The notes beneath the pieces are model-generated. The model made no database searches. It was not told the DNA's origin and saw nothing but the letters and a program-made list of their open reading frames with translations. This document shows positions 29,410 through 38,528 of a DNA stretch of 58,715 bases, in pieces. The translations under genes and the position numbers were made by a program. Source of the stretch: an uncultured virus (IMG/VR IMGVR_UViG_3300021473_000001) (lineage: Duplodnaviria; Heunggongvirae; Uroviricota; Caudoviricetes); the IMG/VR virus record IMGVR_UViG_3300021473_000001; one strand, written 5' to 3'. Positions within the stretch are counted from its first letter, which is position 1; every line of letters starts with the position of its first letter.

Positions 29410-30444
29410 ATGAGAGAGTTAAAGTTTATAGAGGTGAGCCCCGATGACACATATTATGTATGGCAAGTACATTTATGGTTGGAGAGTCTTAAAAAGATTG
29501 GACATTCTGATAAAGCGATTGTTCTAGTATTTACTCCTAAGGATAGAAAGCCTGATATTCCCAAATGGAAGAGAATTGCAGAATTATATCCTGAAGCTGA
29601 GTTCAACTACTATACAGATGATCACGACATAAGCGCACTATTGGGGATTTATGTTTCTATCATACGTCCTTACGTTCTTTGGAGATATTTTAAGACACAT
29701 CCTAAAATGGTTAGCAATGCTGTTTTCTATTGTGATTGCGACATACTCTTTACAGATAAATTCAATATTGATGCTTATCTAGAGGATGATATAAACTATG
29801 TATCAGATACAAATAGCTACATTAATGCTGCCTATTTTGATAGTAAGATCAATGATGTTCTGCCTGAGAAACTAGAAGAGTATAAGACTAGAGATATCCT
29901 GGCAGAAGTTACTGCTCTTGTAGGAGTTAACAGAGAAATTGCTGAAGAACGTAATCTTGATTCAGGAGGAGCACAATATCTGCTCAAGAACATTGACTCA
30001 AAGTTCTGGAGTAAGATGATGAATGATACGATAATGATCAGGACATATTTAATGCATATCAACAAAGAGTTCTTTGCAAATGAAGATAAAGGATTTCAAA
30101 GTTGGTGTGCTGATATGTGGGGATTATTATGGAATTTGTGGCTAAGGGAAGTGGAAGTTAAAGTGATACCAGAGATGAATTTTGCTTGGGCTCCTGATCC
30201 AATTGAAAAATTAGACACATATTCTATTTATCACAATGCTGGTATAGGTAACGAACTATTTGATCAGGACAAACTTACAGCATATCCATGCTTCTATAAA
30301 GGAAAATACATTGGAGGTAAAAATCCATTTACAGATCCTCAATTGGAATTTGCATGGGGACACGAAGAAACTAAAAAACATTGTACGTGGTATTATACTA
30401 ATGCTCTTAAAGAGTTGTATGCCAAATACAAGTTGGATTATTAA
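29410..30444 (+). CDS. GT-A fold glycosyltransferase resembling GT95/GT96 peptide O-glycosyltransferases
   Basis: WQ near the N-terminus, SIIRPYVL, YCDCDILF (DxD), GGAQY, WCADMW, IYHNAG. Confidence 0.55.
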   Translation: MRELKFIEVSPDDTYYVWQVHLWLESLKKIGHSDKAIVLVFTPKDRKPDIPKWKRIAELYPEAEFNYYTDDHDISALLGIYVSIIRPYVLWRYFKTHPKMVSNAVFYCDCDILFTDKFNIDAYLEDDINYVSDTNSYINAAYFDSKINDVLPEKLEEYKTRDILAEVTALVGVNREIAEERNLDSGGAQYLLKNIDSKFWSKMMNDTIMIRTYLMHINKEFFANEDKGFQSWCADMWGLLWNLWLREVEVKVIPEMNFAWAPDPIEKLDTYSIYHNAGIGNELFDQDKLTAYPCFYKGKYIGGKNPFTDPQLEFAWGHEETKKHCTWYYTNALKELYAKYKLDY

Positions 30445-30461
30445 TAATTAATTTTAATACT

Positions 30462-30650
30462 ATGGGAACTATTGACAAACGTCCACTCAAGGGTTTTGTT
30501 CGATTTGATGGAACAGGCCGTATTGTAGCTGGAAGTCTTATCCTCAGGAGAAAGATGCCCAAGGTAGGTAAATGGATGGAAATTTCTGCCTATCAATGCT
30601 GCAATCCTTCAACTACTACAAGTACAACCACAACAATGACACCTTTTTAA
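30462..30650 (+). CDS. Small protein with CC motif and Thr-rich tail (paralogue 1)
   Basis: VRFDGTGRIVAGSL...PKVGKW...QCCNPSTTTSTTTT. Confidence 0.75.
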   Translation: MGTIDKRPLKGFVRFDGTGRIVAGSLILRRKMPKVGKWMEISAYQCCNPSTTTSTTTTMTPF

Positions 30651-30652
30651 TC

Positions 30653-30985
30653 ATGGTACAGACAACTTCAACAACAACAACGAGAATACCTCCCCACTAT
30701 TCAGGGAAGAGAGATCTCAAAGCGTATGTTCGCTATGATGGAACTGGACGTTTAATTTCTGGAAGTCTTCTTCTTAGCAGGATTAAGCCTAAAGTAGGTA
30801 ATTGGGTGGAGACACAAGCATATTTATGCTGTAATCCTACTACTACTTCTACAAGTACTTCTACTTCCACAAGTACTTCTACATCTACTACAACAACAAG
30901 TACATCTACTAGTACAAGCACTTCTACGTCTACAAGTACAACCAGTAGTACAACTACTAGTACTACAACTACAAATCCTGGATAA
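30653..30985 (+). CDS. Small protein with CC motif and long Thr/Ser tail (paralogue 2)
   Basis: Likely start ATG 30653; VRYDGTGRLISGSL...PKVGNW...LCCNPTTTSTSTS. Confidence 0.75.
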   Translation: MVQTTSTTTTRIPPHYSGKRDLKAYVRYDGTGRLISGSLLLSRIKPKVGNWVETQAYLCCNPTTTSTSTSTSTSTSTSTTTTSTSTSTSTSTSTSTTSSTTTSTTTTNPG

Positions 30986-31392
30986 TGGCTAAATCACTTT
31001 TTCCAGACAGCATGATGAGAACCAGCGAGCTTTCAATAGAGAGCATCGCTGGGAAACTCACGTACTTCCATGAGCAATTACACTTGCTCCATTGGAATAC
31101 TACTAGTTATGCTACGCATATGGCCCTTGGAGGATTGTATGATTATGTACATGACTTTAAGGATGGAGTTATTGAAAAACTTATGGGATATGTTGGTAAG
31201 AGAGTCTCATCTCTTACGATTACTCCCATATCTCCAACAGCTACTCCTTCTGCAGTGGTAGCAGATCTTATTACTTTCGCTCATGAGCTTAAAGTGTGGG
31301 CTGGAAGTAACAGTTATGATGATATTGAAAATCTAGCACAATCTCTATCAGGAGAAGCAGCTAAAGTCAAATATTTATTAACTTTGTCATAA
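30985..31392 (+). CDS. Ferritin/Dps-like four-helix protein
   Basis: LHLLHWNTTSYATHMALGGLYD...D..IE, C-terminal YLLTL. Confidence 0.75.
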   Translation: MAKSLFPDSMMRTSELSIESIAGKLTYFHEQLHLLHWNTTSYATHMALGGLYDYVHDFKDGVIEKLMGYVGKRVSSLTITPISPTATPSAVVADLITFAHELKVWAGSNSYDDIENLAQSLSGEAAKVKYLLTLS

Positions 31393-31679
31393 TGCAGATT
31401 AATAGACGATTCTTTCCAGAAATTACTCTTGACAACGATGAGATATATTTCGCACACTTGGAAGGAGTTGTCAGTTCTGTGGATGAATTAGCTAGTATGG
31501 AGATTACAAAAGCATTAACAGCCTATCATTTTAGGCTTGCTCCAAGTCTCCCAAAGTATAGCGAAATGCTTCTACAGGAAATATTAAAGATGCATAACAT
31601 TTTCAAAATAAGATTAAACTTAAGTAAGAGTATCAAAACATCAGGTGTAATAGCCTTTGACATTGAATTAAACCAATAA
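31392..31679 (+). CDS. Hypothetical protein
   Basis: Coupled ORF in the operon. Confidence 0.6.
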   Translation: MQINRRFFPEITLDNDEIYFAHLEGVVSSVDELASMEITKALTAYHFRLAPSLPKYSEMLLQEILKMHNIFKIRLNLSKSIKTSGVIAFDIELNQ

Positions 31680-31691
31680 ATTTTCAATATT

Positions 31692-31949
31692 ATGACACAG
31701 AAGTACGATCCTTCACGTAAGTATTCATGGACACCTCAAGACACATTCACTCTAACAGGAGAACAATTTGGTACTGTTCTTAATGCCATAAGAGGTATTA
31801 TGGGCTCCCCAGAAGCAATCCAAATTATGGCCATTAGCAAGGCTAATGATGTAATTGAAACATTAATGATTGCTGCAGTAGAAAATGAGATTGTTTTAGA
31901 GATGCCTGAACCTAAAGAGGGAAAAACAGGTCTCACAATTAAAAAATAA
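31692..31949 (+). CDS. Hypothetical protein
   Basis: ORF in the operon. Confidence 0.6.
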   Translation: MTQKYDPSRKYSWTPQDTFTLTGEQFGTVLNAIRGIMGSPEAIQIMAISKANDVIETLMIAAVENEIVLEMPEPKEGKTGLTIKK

Positions 31950-31953
31950 CAAC

Positions 31954-32076
31954 ATGAAAAAAGTTTTAGCTGCAGGCAGTGCTGGTCCTAAAAAGAATCC
32001 AAAAGCACCAATGGTTGATCCTAAGGGAAACTGGACAAAGATTCAGGAGAAAACAATTAAGACTAAAAAGAAATAA
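31954..32076 (+). CDS. Tiny Lys-rich protein (40 aa)
   Basis: Read by hand; tightly packed with neighbours. Confidence 0.55.
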   Translation: MKKVLAAGSAGPKKNPKAPMVDPKGNWTKIQEKTIKTKKK

Positions 32077-32078
32077 TC

Positions 32079-32228
32079 ATGGCTGACAAGAAGAATTGGA
32101 TTCAGGGAGCAGTTAATCCTAAACATAAGGGATTTTGTACACCTATGACTAAAGCTACTTGTAGTCCCAAACGTAAAGCATTGGCAAAAACATTTAAGGC
32201 TATGGGAAGAGCTAGAAAGGGAAAATAA
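32079..32228 (+). CDS. Tiny basic protein (49 aa)
   Basis: MADKKNWIQGAVNPKHKG...LAKTFKAM. Confidence 0.6.
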   Translation: MADKKNWIQGAVNPKHKGFCTPMTKATCSPKRKALAKTFKAMGRARKGK

Positions 32229-32301
32229 TTATGAAAAAGATTAAAAAAGTAACAACAAAACCTTGTGCTAAATGTGGCAAAACAATTAAAAAATAAATAT
32301 C

Positions 32302-32847
32302 ATGGGAACTCTTAAAAAATCTAAAGTAAAGTCTAAGTTTAAAAAACTTCAAGATGGTGGTGATACTAAATCTTCTCCTAATGATGATGATAATTGGGTT
32401 AATGATCAATATTATGGTAGAAATACTGTAGCTAAAACACCAAATGCTAGTAAAGATCCTTCTTCTGATATTGGTGAACGTCAAACTGGAAAGAGTTCTG
32501 AAACAAAGTTTCCTCCTAACAAATTCTCTGAAGCAAAAGTTCCAGAGAAAAAAGCTCAAACTCGTGGAGAAGCTTTTAAAGCTGCTAGAGCTGCTGGTAA
32601 AAAGACCTTTGATTATAATGGAAAGAGTTATCATACTAGAACAGCTGAAGAAGATACTGCTGCAAAGAAAGCTACTCCTGCTGCCAAATCATCTACTAGT
32701 AAAAGCAATTCTAACACCGTTAATAAAATTGGAGAAGTAGAAGTTATTGGTAAAAATAAAGCTAGTCTTAGTAAAAGAGGATTAGTTCCTGGAGCTACAT
32801 ATCGTAAAGGTGGAGTTATAAAAAGTGGTAAAGCCAAAAAGTGTTAA
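32302..32847 (+). CDS. Lys-rich disordered protein
   Basis: AFKAARAAGKKTFDYNGKSYHT motif; xxGG motifs. Confidence 0.65.
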   Translation: MGTLKKSKVKSKFKKLQDGGDTKSSPNDDDNWVNDQYYGRNTVAKTPNASKDPSSDIGERQTGKSSETKFPPNKFSEAKVPEKKAQTRGEAFKAARAAGKKTFDYNGKSYHTRTAEEDTAAKKATPAAKSSTSKSNSNTVNKIGEVEVIGKNKASLSKRGLVPGATYRKGGVIKSGKAKKC

Positions 32848-32936
32848 GCAATGAACAAAAAACCTAAGCCAAAAGCAGGAACCAAAATGTGGACTCCTGA
32901 GGAACAGGTTAGAATGCAGATTAATTCTAAGAAGAA

Positions 32937-33098
32937 ATGAAAACATTTGGTAAAGCTGAGAAATCAGGAGCTCCACGTAAGGCTCCCAAAGTAAAGATTC
33001 TTCCTAAGGACAAGCCAATGTATATGAAAGAGGCTGATGACAAAAGAGGAAGAAATAATCCTCAGGCTCCTCTCACACGTAAAAGACTTTCTAAATGA
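32937..33098 (+). CDS. Tiny basic protein (53 aa)
   Basis: ATGA overlaps with 32851-32940 and with 33095. Confidence 0.55.
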   Translation: MKTFGKAEKSGAPRKAPKVKILPKDKPMYMKEADDKRGRNNPQAPLTRKRLSK

Positions 33099-33715
33099 AT
33101 TTAACTGACATAGGTGTAAAGTTTAATACTGATAAAGCAACCTATCATAGATATACTGATTTCTATGATAGGGTACTTTGTCATTTACGAGATGTTCCAA
33201 TAAGAATGCTAGAAATTGGCATTTTAAACGGTGCGTCTCTTTTGATGTGGGACGAATATTTTCTGTTTGCTAAGATATACGGAGTAGATATACATCCATA
33301 TTCCTACTTAGACTCGTCTAAAATTTCTACAATTGTTGCAAATCAAGAAGAACAAGAACAATTACTATCTCTTCCTGAGGATCTAGATGTTATTATAGAC
33401 GATGGAGGACATACTATGTTACAGCAACAATTGACTTTTAAAATAATGTTTCAGAAGTTAAAGGCTAATGGAATTTATATTTTAGAAGATCTTCATACAT
33501 CCTTACCAGGATTTTATTCATCTTATCAAAGTAACGATTACAACAATACCTTACGATTGTTAGAAGATCTTCAAAATAAACATCTTTCTGAGGATAATCA
33601 ATACTATATAACAATTGATGATTTTAACGCTCTACTAGATCAAATCGAGACTATAGAGATAATAAATAATTCAAGTCAATCGATGACATCGATCATAAAA
33701 AAAAGAGGCAATTAA
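33095..33715 (+). CDS. Class I SAM methyltransferase (sugar O-methyltransferase-like)
   Basis: TDK..YH.Y, LEIG...GASL..W, IIDDGGH, GIYILED. Confidence 0.8.
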   Translation: MNLTDIGVKFNTDKATYHRYTDFYDRVLCHLRDVPIRMLEIGILNGASLLMWDEYFLFAKIYGVDIHPYSYLDSSKISTIVANQEEQEQLLSLPEDLDVIIDDGGHTMLQQQLTFKIMFQKLKANGIYILEDLHTSLPGFYSSYQSNDYNNTLRLLEDLQNKHLSEDNQYYITIDDFNALLDQIETIEIINNSSQSMTSIIKKRGN

Positions 33716-33727
33716 GCCTCTTTTTTT
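33697..33727. terminator. Bidirectional intrinsic terminator at the convergence of the two gene blocks
   Basis: A8-GAGGC-AATTAA-GCCTC-T7. Confidence 0.7.
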
Positions 33728-34401
33728 ATTAACCAATCTCCCACTGAAGCATTGCTTCCATGAATGTTCCAAATCACTTCTTCAGAATTATCCACTAAAG
33801 AATGTTTAAGACCATTTTTAAACCAGGCAACTCTCCACATCATATCATCATGTCCACATACATCTGCTTCAGTTAGATTTATAATAGCATCTAGCCCCTT
33901 CTTGGTAAAAGCAAATGTCATAGGCATAGCATAATCTGTATCTCCAGGATTTCCTCCTAAATTACCATATTTGATTCCTTCTCCTCTGGATCGAAGATCG
34001 TATCCATTTAACTGATACATGATTTCTGTAGAGGTGGCATCTATATCTGGATTGTTAGTAAAATGTTCAACAATGTTTTTTACATAATCTCTTTTATAAA
34101 TATCATCATCATCCATCTTTACAAAGAGCTCATATGTTTCCCAATCAGGAACAAATTTGATAGTCTTCATGTTATTAAAATGTGAAAATCCTATTTTAGC
34201 ATTCTCACTTTGATTAACAATAAACTTTCCCTCAAGATCTTCATATAATGGACTAAAATCTTTAGTCTCTGTAGTTTCGTCAGATGTGATATTAATGGAA
34301 TGAATCATGTTCTCATAACTCTGATTCATTCCACTAAGAATAGACTGTCTAAGCATATATGTACGCTTATAATAAGAAGATGTAAAAACTAGTACTTTCA
34401 T
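33712..34401 (-). CDS. GT-A fold (GT2-like) glycosyltransferase
   Basis: VLVFTSSY.KR...L, KMDDDDIY, HDD..W, IHGSN. Confidence 0.65.
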   Translation of the reverse strand: MKVLVFTSSYYKRTYMLRQSILSGMNQSYENMIHSINITSDETTETKDFSPLYEDLEGKFIVNQSENAKIGFSHFNNMKTIKFVPDWETYELFVKMDDDDIYKRDYVKNIVEHFTNNPDIDATSTEIMYQLNGYDLRSRGEGIKYGNLGGNPGDTDYAMPMTFAFTKKGLDAIINLTEADVCGHDDMMWRVAWFKNGLKHSLVDNSEEVIWNIHGSNASVGDWLIKKEA

Positions 34402-34700
34402 TTTGTAACTTCTACAAATCTAACACTGTCCTCAGCACTCAAATATATCTCACTCTGGAAAGCATCTTTCACTTGCTTAATAGAGGTCACCTTGCCTTGT
34501 TTGTTTCTGATTGGTACTTCTTTATACCTCTCATGTAGATCATCAAGCAGAACGAGTCTTTGACCATCTTCCAGGCCAATACTTCTAATTACCTTATCCA
34601 GGTTTAAGCTGTCTTGATATTCCTGATATTGTAATTCTTTTACTTCTTCTCCCTCTACAGGTTTTAGAGGTTCTTTTCTTGTGTAATAAAAGTGGTTCAT
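34398..34700 (-). CDS. Hypothetical protein
   Basis: Coupled ORF. Confidence 0.6.
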   Translation of the reverse strand: MNHFYYTRKEPLKPVEGEEVKELQYQEYQDSLNLDKVIRSIGLEDGQRLVLLDDLHERYKEVPIRNKQGKVTSIKQVKDAFQSEIYLSAEDSVRFVEVTK

Positions 34701-34718
34701 AATTTATTATTTATTGGT

Positions 34719-35174
34719 TTAACAATCTTTACATCCTAATTCAATAATTGCTTTTAGTGCAGCATCTCTATTTGAAGTAGATCCTTTAAAGGCATATCTA
34801 GGATTAATTTGATACATTCCTTTATTTTGACTATATACTAATCCAGCTTCCTTTAATTCTGTGAGTCCATTTGCAACAGCACTTAAAGACATTCCTAGTC
34901 TATTGGCAATTAAAGATCTAGTTCCCCCTCCAATTTCAAATATGGTTTCAGATGCATACTTACTTAATAAGTAAGCATATGTAGATTTTGCAGGGTGGGA
35001 TAGATCAATGAATATAGGAAGAATATTTACATACAATAACATAAACTCCTCTCTAGAGTTTGCAATATAGGTATGAGTTTTAACTTCATCACTAATAATA
35101 TCTCCTGTATCCTTATCAATTATTATTGTTCTTTCTCTCATTCCAGCAGAGAGATAACTTTGTTTTCTCCTCAT
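34719..35174 (-). CDS. RepL-like winged-helix replication/maintenance protein
   Basis: IIDKDTG N-terminus, HTH, YQINPRYAFKG. Confidence 0.65.
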   Translation of the reverse strand: MRRKQSYLSAGMRERTIIIDKDTGDIISDEVKTHTYIANSREEFMLLYVNILPIFIDLSHPAKSTYAYLLSKYASETIFEIGGGTRSLIANRLGMSLSAVANGLTELKEAGLVYSQNKGMYQINPRYAFKGSTSNRDAALKAIIELGCKDC

Positions 35175-35389
35175 AATATTACTCTAATTCATTAATATTA
35201 TACAAATATACTATTATTTTTCTAAATAGCATAGAATATAAAAAGTTTGTATTCTCCAAAATCACGGTAAATCTTCTACATATGTAGAAAATAAAGCTTT
35301 ATTCTTAGAATAGAATTGATTGTAAGTGTTTGATTTTTAAGAATTTATTTTTTATGTACTCTTCTATCTATTATACGTTCTTTGTTATA

Positions 35390-35653
35390 CTAAACGTTAC
35401 TCCCCAAACTTTTTAATTTTTTTATAAAGAAAGCAGCTTCTGTAGGGGAATAACCTCTACTTGTTATACAATCCAATACAACATCTTCTATTTTGTGGTT
35501 TGATGTATAACCCAAACACATGGCTGCAGCATAGCTAAGATCAGTGTCTTCACATTTTGTGTAAAGCCATTTTACATAGGAAGGATCTTTTTTCAGAACA
35601 TCTTCAATGAATTGTCCTTTGTATTTCCCATAAGGCAACTTAGTCTTTTTCAT
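35390..35653 (-). CDS. DUF3820/ExoX-C-terminal-like protein
   Basis: LPYGKYKG...DPSYVKWL. Confidence 0.6.
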   Translation of the reverse strand: MKKTKLPYGKYKGQFIEDVLKKDPSYVKWLYTKCEDTDLSYAAAMCLGYTSNHKIEDVVLDCITSRGYSPTEAAFFIKKLKSLGSNV

Positions 35654-36026
35654 ATTTCTGTAGGAGAAGAATTCTTCTTTTATTTACCTCTTCATATTTA
35701 TGCATATTTGATTCAACGTTTGAATGCTCATCAAGTGATAGGATTATGATGTTCTCTTTGTCATACATTGCTTCTGGATATTTTCCTTTAGATAAAATAT
35801 GATGGAAGAAGACATGTAGGGGAGTATCTCCCAGCCATGTGTTAGACACTTCAGATCTATGAGCCCTATTATTCCATATCTCAAGGAAAAAGTTTCTCAT
35901 TACATATATTCCAGCTTTATTAGTTCCTTTAGATAGAGATAAATTGGGGGATTTGAATCCCCTACCTCTTTTACAACGAAAGCAGAGATTACTCTCTGCC
36001 CTCGCTCCACATCTTTCACAATTCAT
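35640..36026 (-). CDS. HNH-like nuclease-fold protein
   Basis: CxxC...CxxC, HHILSKGKYPE...NIIIL...H. Confidence 0.55.
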   Translation of the reverse strand: MNCERCGARAESNLCFRCKRGRGFKSPNLSLSKGTNKAGIYVMRNFFLEIWNNRAHRSEVSNTWLGDTPLHVFFHHILSKGKYPEAMYDKENIIILSLDEHSNVESNMHKYEEVNKRRILLLQKYEKD

Positions 36027-36232
36027 ATTTTATCAAACTTTTTAAAATGACTACGAGAATTGTATAAATCAATTAAATAATTAGTACGCTGTTGCCACTG
36101 CTGATGTGGTTCATCTGTCAGCTCTTCTTCTTCAAGAGCTTTTAAGATGGCAGTGTGAAGCTCCCCAAGATTCAAATATTGTTTTTTGAAGAACTCCACA
36201 TCATCATCACCAATTGTTAATATCAGTCCCAT
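36023..36232 (-). CDS. Hypothetical protein
   Basis: Coupled ORF. Confidence 0.55.
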   Translation of the reverse strand: MGLILTIGDDDVEFFKKQYLNLGELHTAILKALEEEELTDEPHQQWQQRTNYLIDLYNSRSHFKKFDKI

Positions 36233-36546
36233 TATCGATTGTCTCCTGATCCACCAAGTACACCTCGTTCTTGTCTTGATTTTAGTTTTTGATAATTGGT
36301 ATATGCTATATCATCGAGGGTGATATCAAGATCTCCTGCAAGAGTAGAAAGATACCAGAGAACATCTCCAAGTTCTTTCTTCAGATCTTCCTTATCCAGA
36401 GGTGTGTTGTCTCTGATATGTTTCTTAACTTTTTCACACACTTCTCCTACTTCTCCAGCTAGTCCAAGACATGGATAAATAATCTTAGCATTTTCTGGGT
36501 ACATTGCTGTTGTTCTTGCTAACGCCTGATAACTTGTAAAATTCAT
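36232..36546 (-). CDS. mazG: MazG-like NTP pyrophosphohydrolase
   Basis: LGLAGEVGEV..K.KK, KELGDVLWY, N..KL..R...GSGDNR. Confidence 0.9.
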   Translation of the reverse strand: MNFTSYQALARTTAMYPENAKIIYPCLGLAGEVGEVCEKVKKHIRDNTPLDKEDLKKELGDVLWYLSTLAGDLDITLDDIAYTNYQKLKSRQERGVLGGSGDNR

Positions 36547-36549
36547 AAT

Positions 36550-38418
36550 TTAGTCTTTTTCTTCGGATGTAAGTAAATTAATGTCTTGGATTCTATCTGT
36601 GGTTTGGATTTTTCCAATGATGGCTTGTTTGAGCTCGTCATAAAATTCAGGATTGTCCTGAAGAAGGATTTTAAATTCAGTGGTTTCATATTTTATATCT
36701 TTATAGGTAACTGATTTGCCATATTTTACTAAGATTCCAAATTCTTCACCAAGTTCAACAATTTCTGTAGATTTATCAATACCCTTACCATAGACAATTT
36801 CAAACTGACAAGTCTTATAAGGTGAAGACATTTTATTCTTAACACATTTAATCTTTGTAATGTTTCCATAAGTGACATCACCATCTTTGGCAAGAGTCTT
36901 TGACACTTCTACCCTTACATCAGAATAAAACTTTAAAGCATGTCCTCCTTGAGTAGTAGTAGGATTACCAAACATGATTCCTATTTTCTCACGATATTGA
37001 CTTATCACTACAACACATGTCTTATGTTGAACCAGGGCATTCTTTAGTCTTGGATAGGCATTACTATTCAACCTGGCCTTCTTACCAATTGTAGATTCAC
37101 CAACATCACCATCCACAATAGCAGCTTTAGGTATCAAAGAGGAATCTGAATCAATAATAATAAGATCTATTTCTCCTGTCTTAATCATATCCTCAGCAAT
37201 TTGAAATCCCTCTTCACCACAAGAAGGTTGAGCAATCAACATCTTTGTAGTATCAACTCCCAGGGCCTGGAAATAACGCTTATCAACAGCATGTTCTCCA
37301 TCAATGTAAACAGCTACTCCTCCTGCTCTTTGGCAATTGGCAACCATCTCTCCACAAATAGTACTCTTTCCAGAATTATGTACTACTATTCCATTGGCAA
37401 TAAAATTATTGTATGGAAAGTAACACTTAATATCATAAGTCATCATCTCTCCTACAGATCTAATATTGACTATCTCATCAGCCGTAACAACAAATCTAAG
37501 ATTATTATGCTTGTTAATAGCATGTAGCCTTGCATGATCTGAACAGGTTATCATCTCAAGATTTTCAATACTATTATTGGTAGTATCTTCATCTTTATGA
37601 TGTATTTCATATCCTTCAGGAATAGTGATGAAATCATTAGGTAGAGCACTGCTTTTATTAAGTAGACGTATATAATCTTTATAACTAATGTTGTTCATTT
37701 CAGCTTCGAATGTAAGCCTGTGAACTCTTTCCCTGTAATAAAGAAAACCATTTGTTTCTTTTCTCTTCCCACGATAATAGAAGTTTATGGTAGTTTCCTT
37801 GTACTTATTTCTATCACGACATACACTGTTTCTATATGGAGTATTATCGTGAATAAATACAATATCTCCTTCTTTTAATTCATCCAGAGGAACAAATTTA
37901 TTACCTACATAGAACTTATGATCCTTTGTAGCCTTAATTTTAAATCCTTTAAATGTCAGGAGCTCAAAGCATTCCTTCACACCAGACTTTACCACATCTG
38001 CAATAGGATTTCTAAACACTCTGTCTTCTTCATTAACAGAAGCTACATTGAACTCCGTATCCTTTGTTTTCTCAGTGCGATTATGAAATCTTTCATACAA
38101 ATTTTTAATTGTTCCTCCTTTACAATCTTGAACAATTCCATCACGTCTCACATTAATGAATTTAATGTAGGTATCTTCTGCAAGACATCCTTCCCAGCCC
38201 ATCAGTTCAATCAATTTACCTTTGACACCTCCACCTACACCCAGAGCAATATAATCAAATCCAATGCTCCCTGTACTAATTACATCATAGTTTCCTTGAC
38301 TCTTACTATCTAAAGCTAAGATGGTCCCTATTCCATAACTTTTATTCAATTTCTCCATAGCAAGAGTAAACTTGCTCTTCCCTTTATCCTCTTCTGAGAC
38401 TTCTTTTTTCTTTGCCAT
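36550..38418 (-). CDS. recA: RecA recombinase containing an intein
   Basis: ISTGSIG.D, GWEG|SGKST, YIDGEHA, IIDS, SQYREKIG.MFGNPTTTQGGHALKFYS. Confidence 0.95.
   Translation of the reverse strand: MAKKKEVSEEDKGKSKFTLAMEKLNKSYGIGTILALDSKSQGNYDVISTGSIGFDYIALGVGGGVKGKLIELMGWEGCLAEDTYIKFINVRRDGIVQDCKGGTIKNLYERFHNRTEKTKDTEFNVASVNEEDRVFRNPIADVVKSGVKECFELLTFKGFKIKATKDHKFYVGNKFVPLDELKEGDIVFIHDNTPYRNSVCRDRNKYKETTINFYYRGKRKETNGFLYYRERVHRLTFEAEMNNISYKDYIRLLNKSSALPNDFITIPEGYEIHHKDEDTTNNSIENLEMITCSDHARLHAINKHNNLRFVVTADEIVNIRSVGEMMTYDIKCYFPYNNFIANGIVVHNSGKSTICGEMVANCQRAGGVAVYIDGEHAVDKRYFQALGVDTTKMLIAQPSCGEEGFQIAEDMIKTGEIDLIIIDSDSSLIPKAAIVDGDVGESTIGKKARLNSNAYPRLKNALVQHKTCVVVISQYREKIGIMFGNPTTTQGGHALKFYSDVRVEVSKTLAKDGDVTYGNITKIKCVKNKMSSPYKTCQFEIVYGKGIDKSTEIVELGEEFGILVKYGKSVTYKDIKYETTEFKILLQDNPEFYDELKQAIIGKIQTTDRIQDINLLTSEEKD
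37375..38187 (-). mobile_element. Intein (271 aa) with an HNH endonuclease in the RecA P-loop
   Basis: Starts CLAEDT, block B ATKDHKF, HHKDED..NN..ENL...H, ends NFIANGIVVHN/S. Confidence 0.93.
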
Positions 38419-38528
38419 ATAAATATTTAGTTTATAAATTTAACAAATTTTCTTGTAACATCCTAATAATAAGGACAGAAAAGCCCCCACTTTCGCAGGG
38501 GCCATTCATCATCATCATCATACATCAA

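Noticed and set aside
38506..38522. (CAT)n microsatellite near a hairpin upstream of recA
   Set aside because: Short and intergenic, with no supporting evidence of function.
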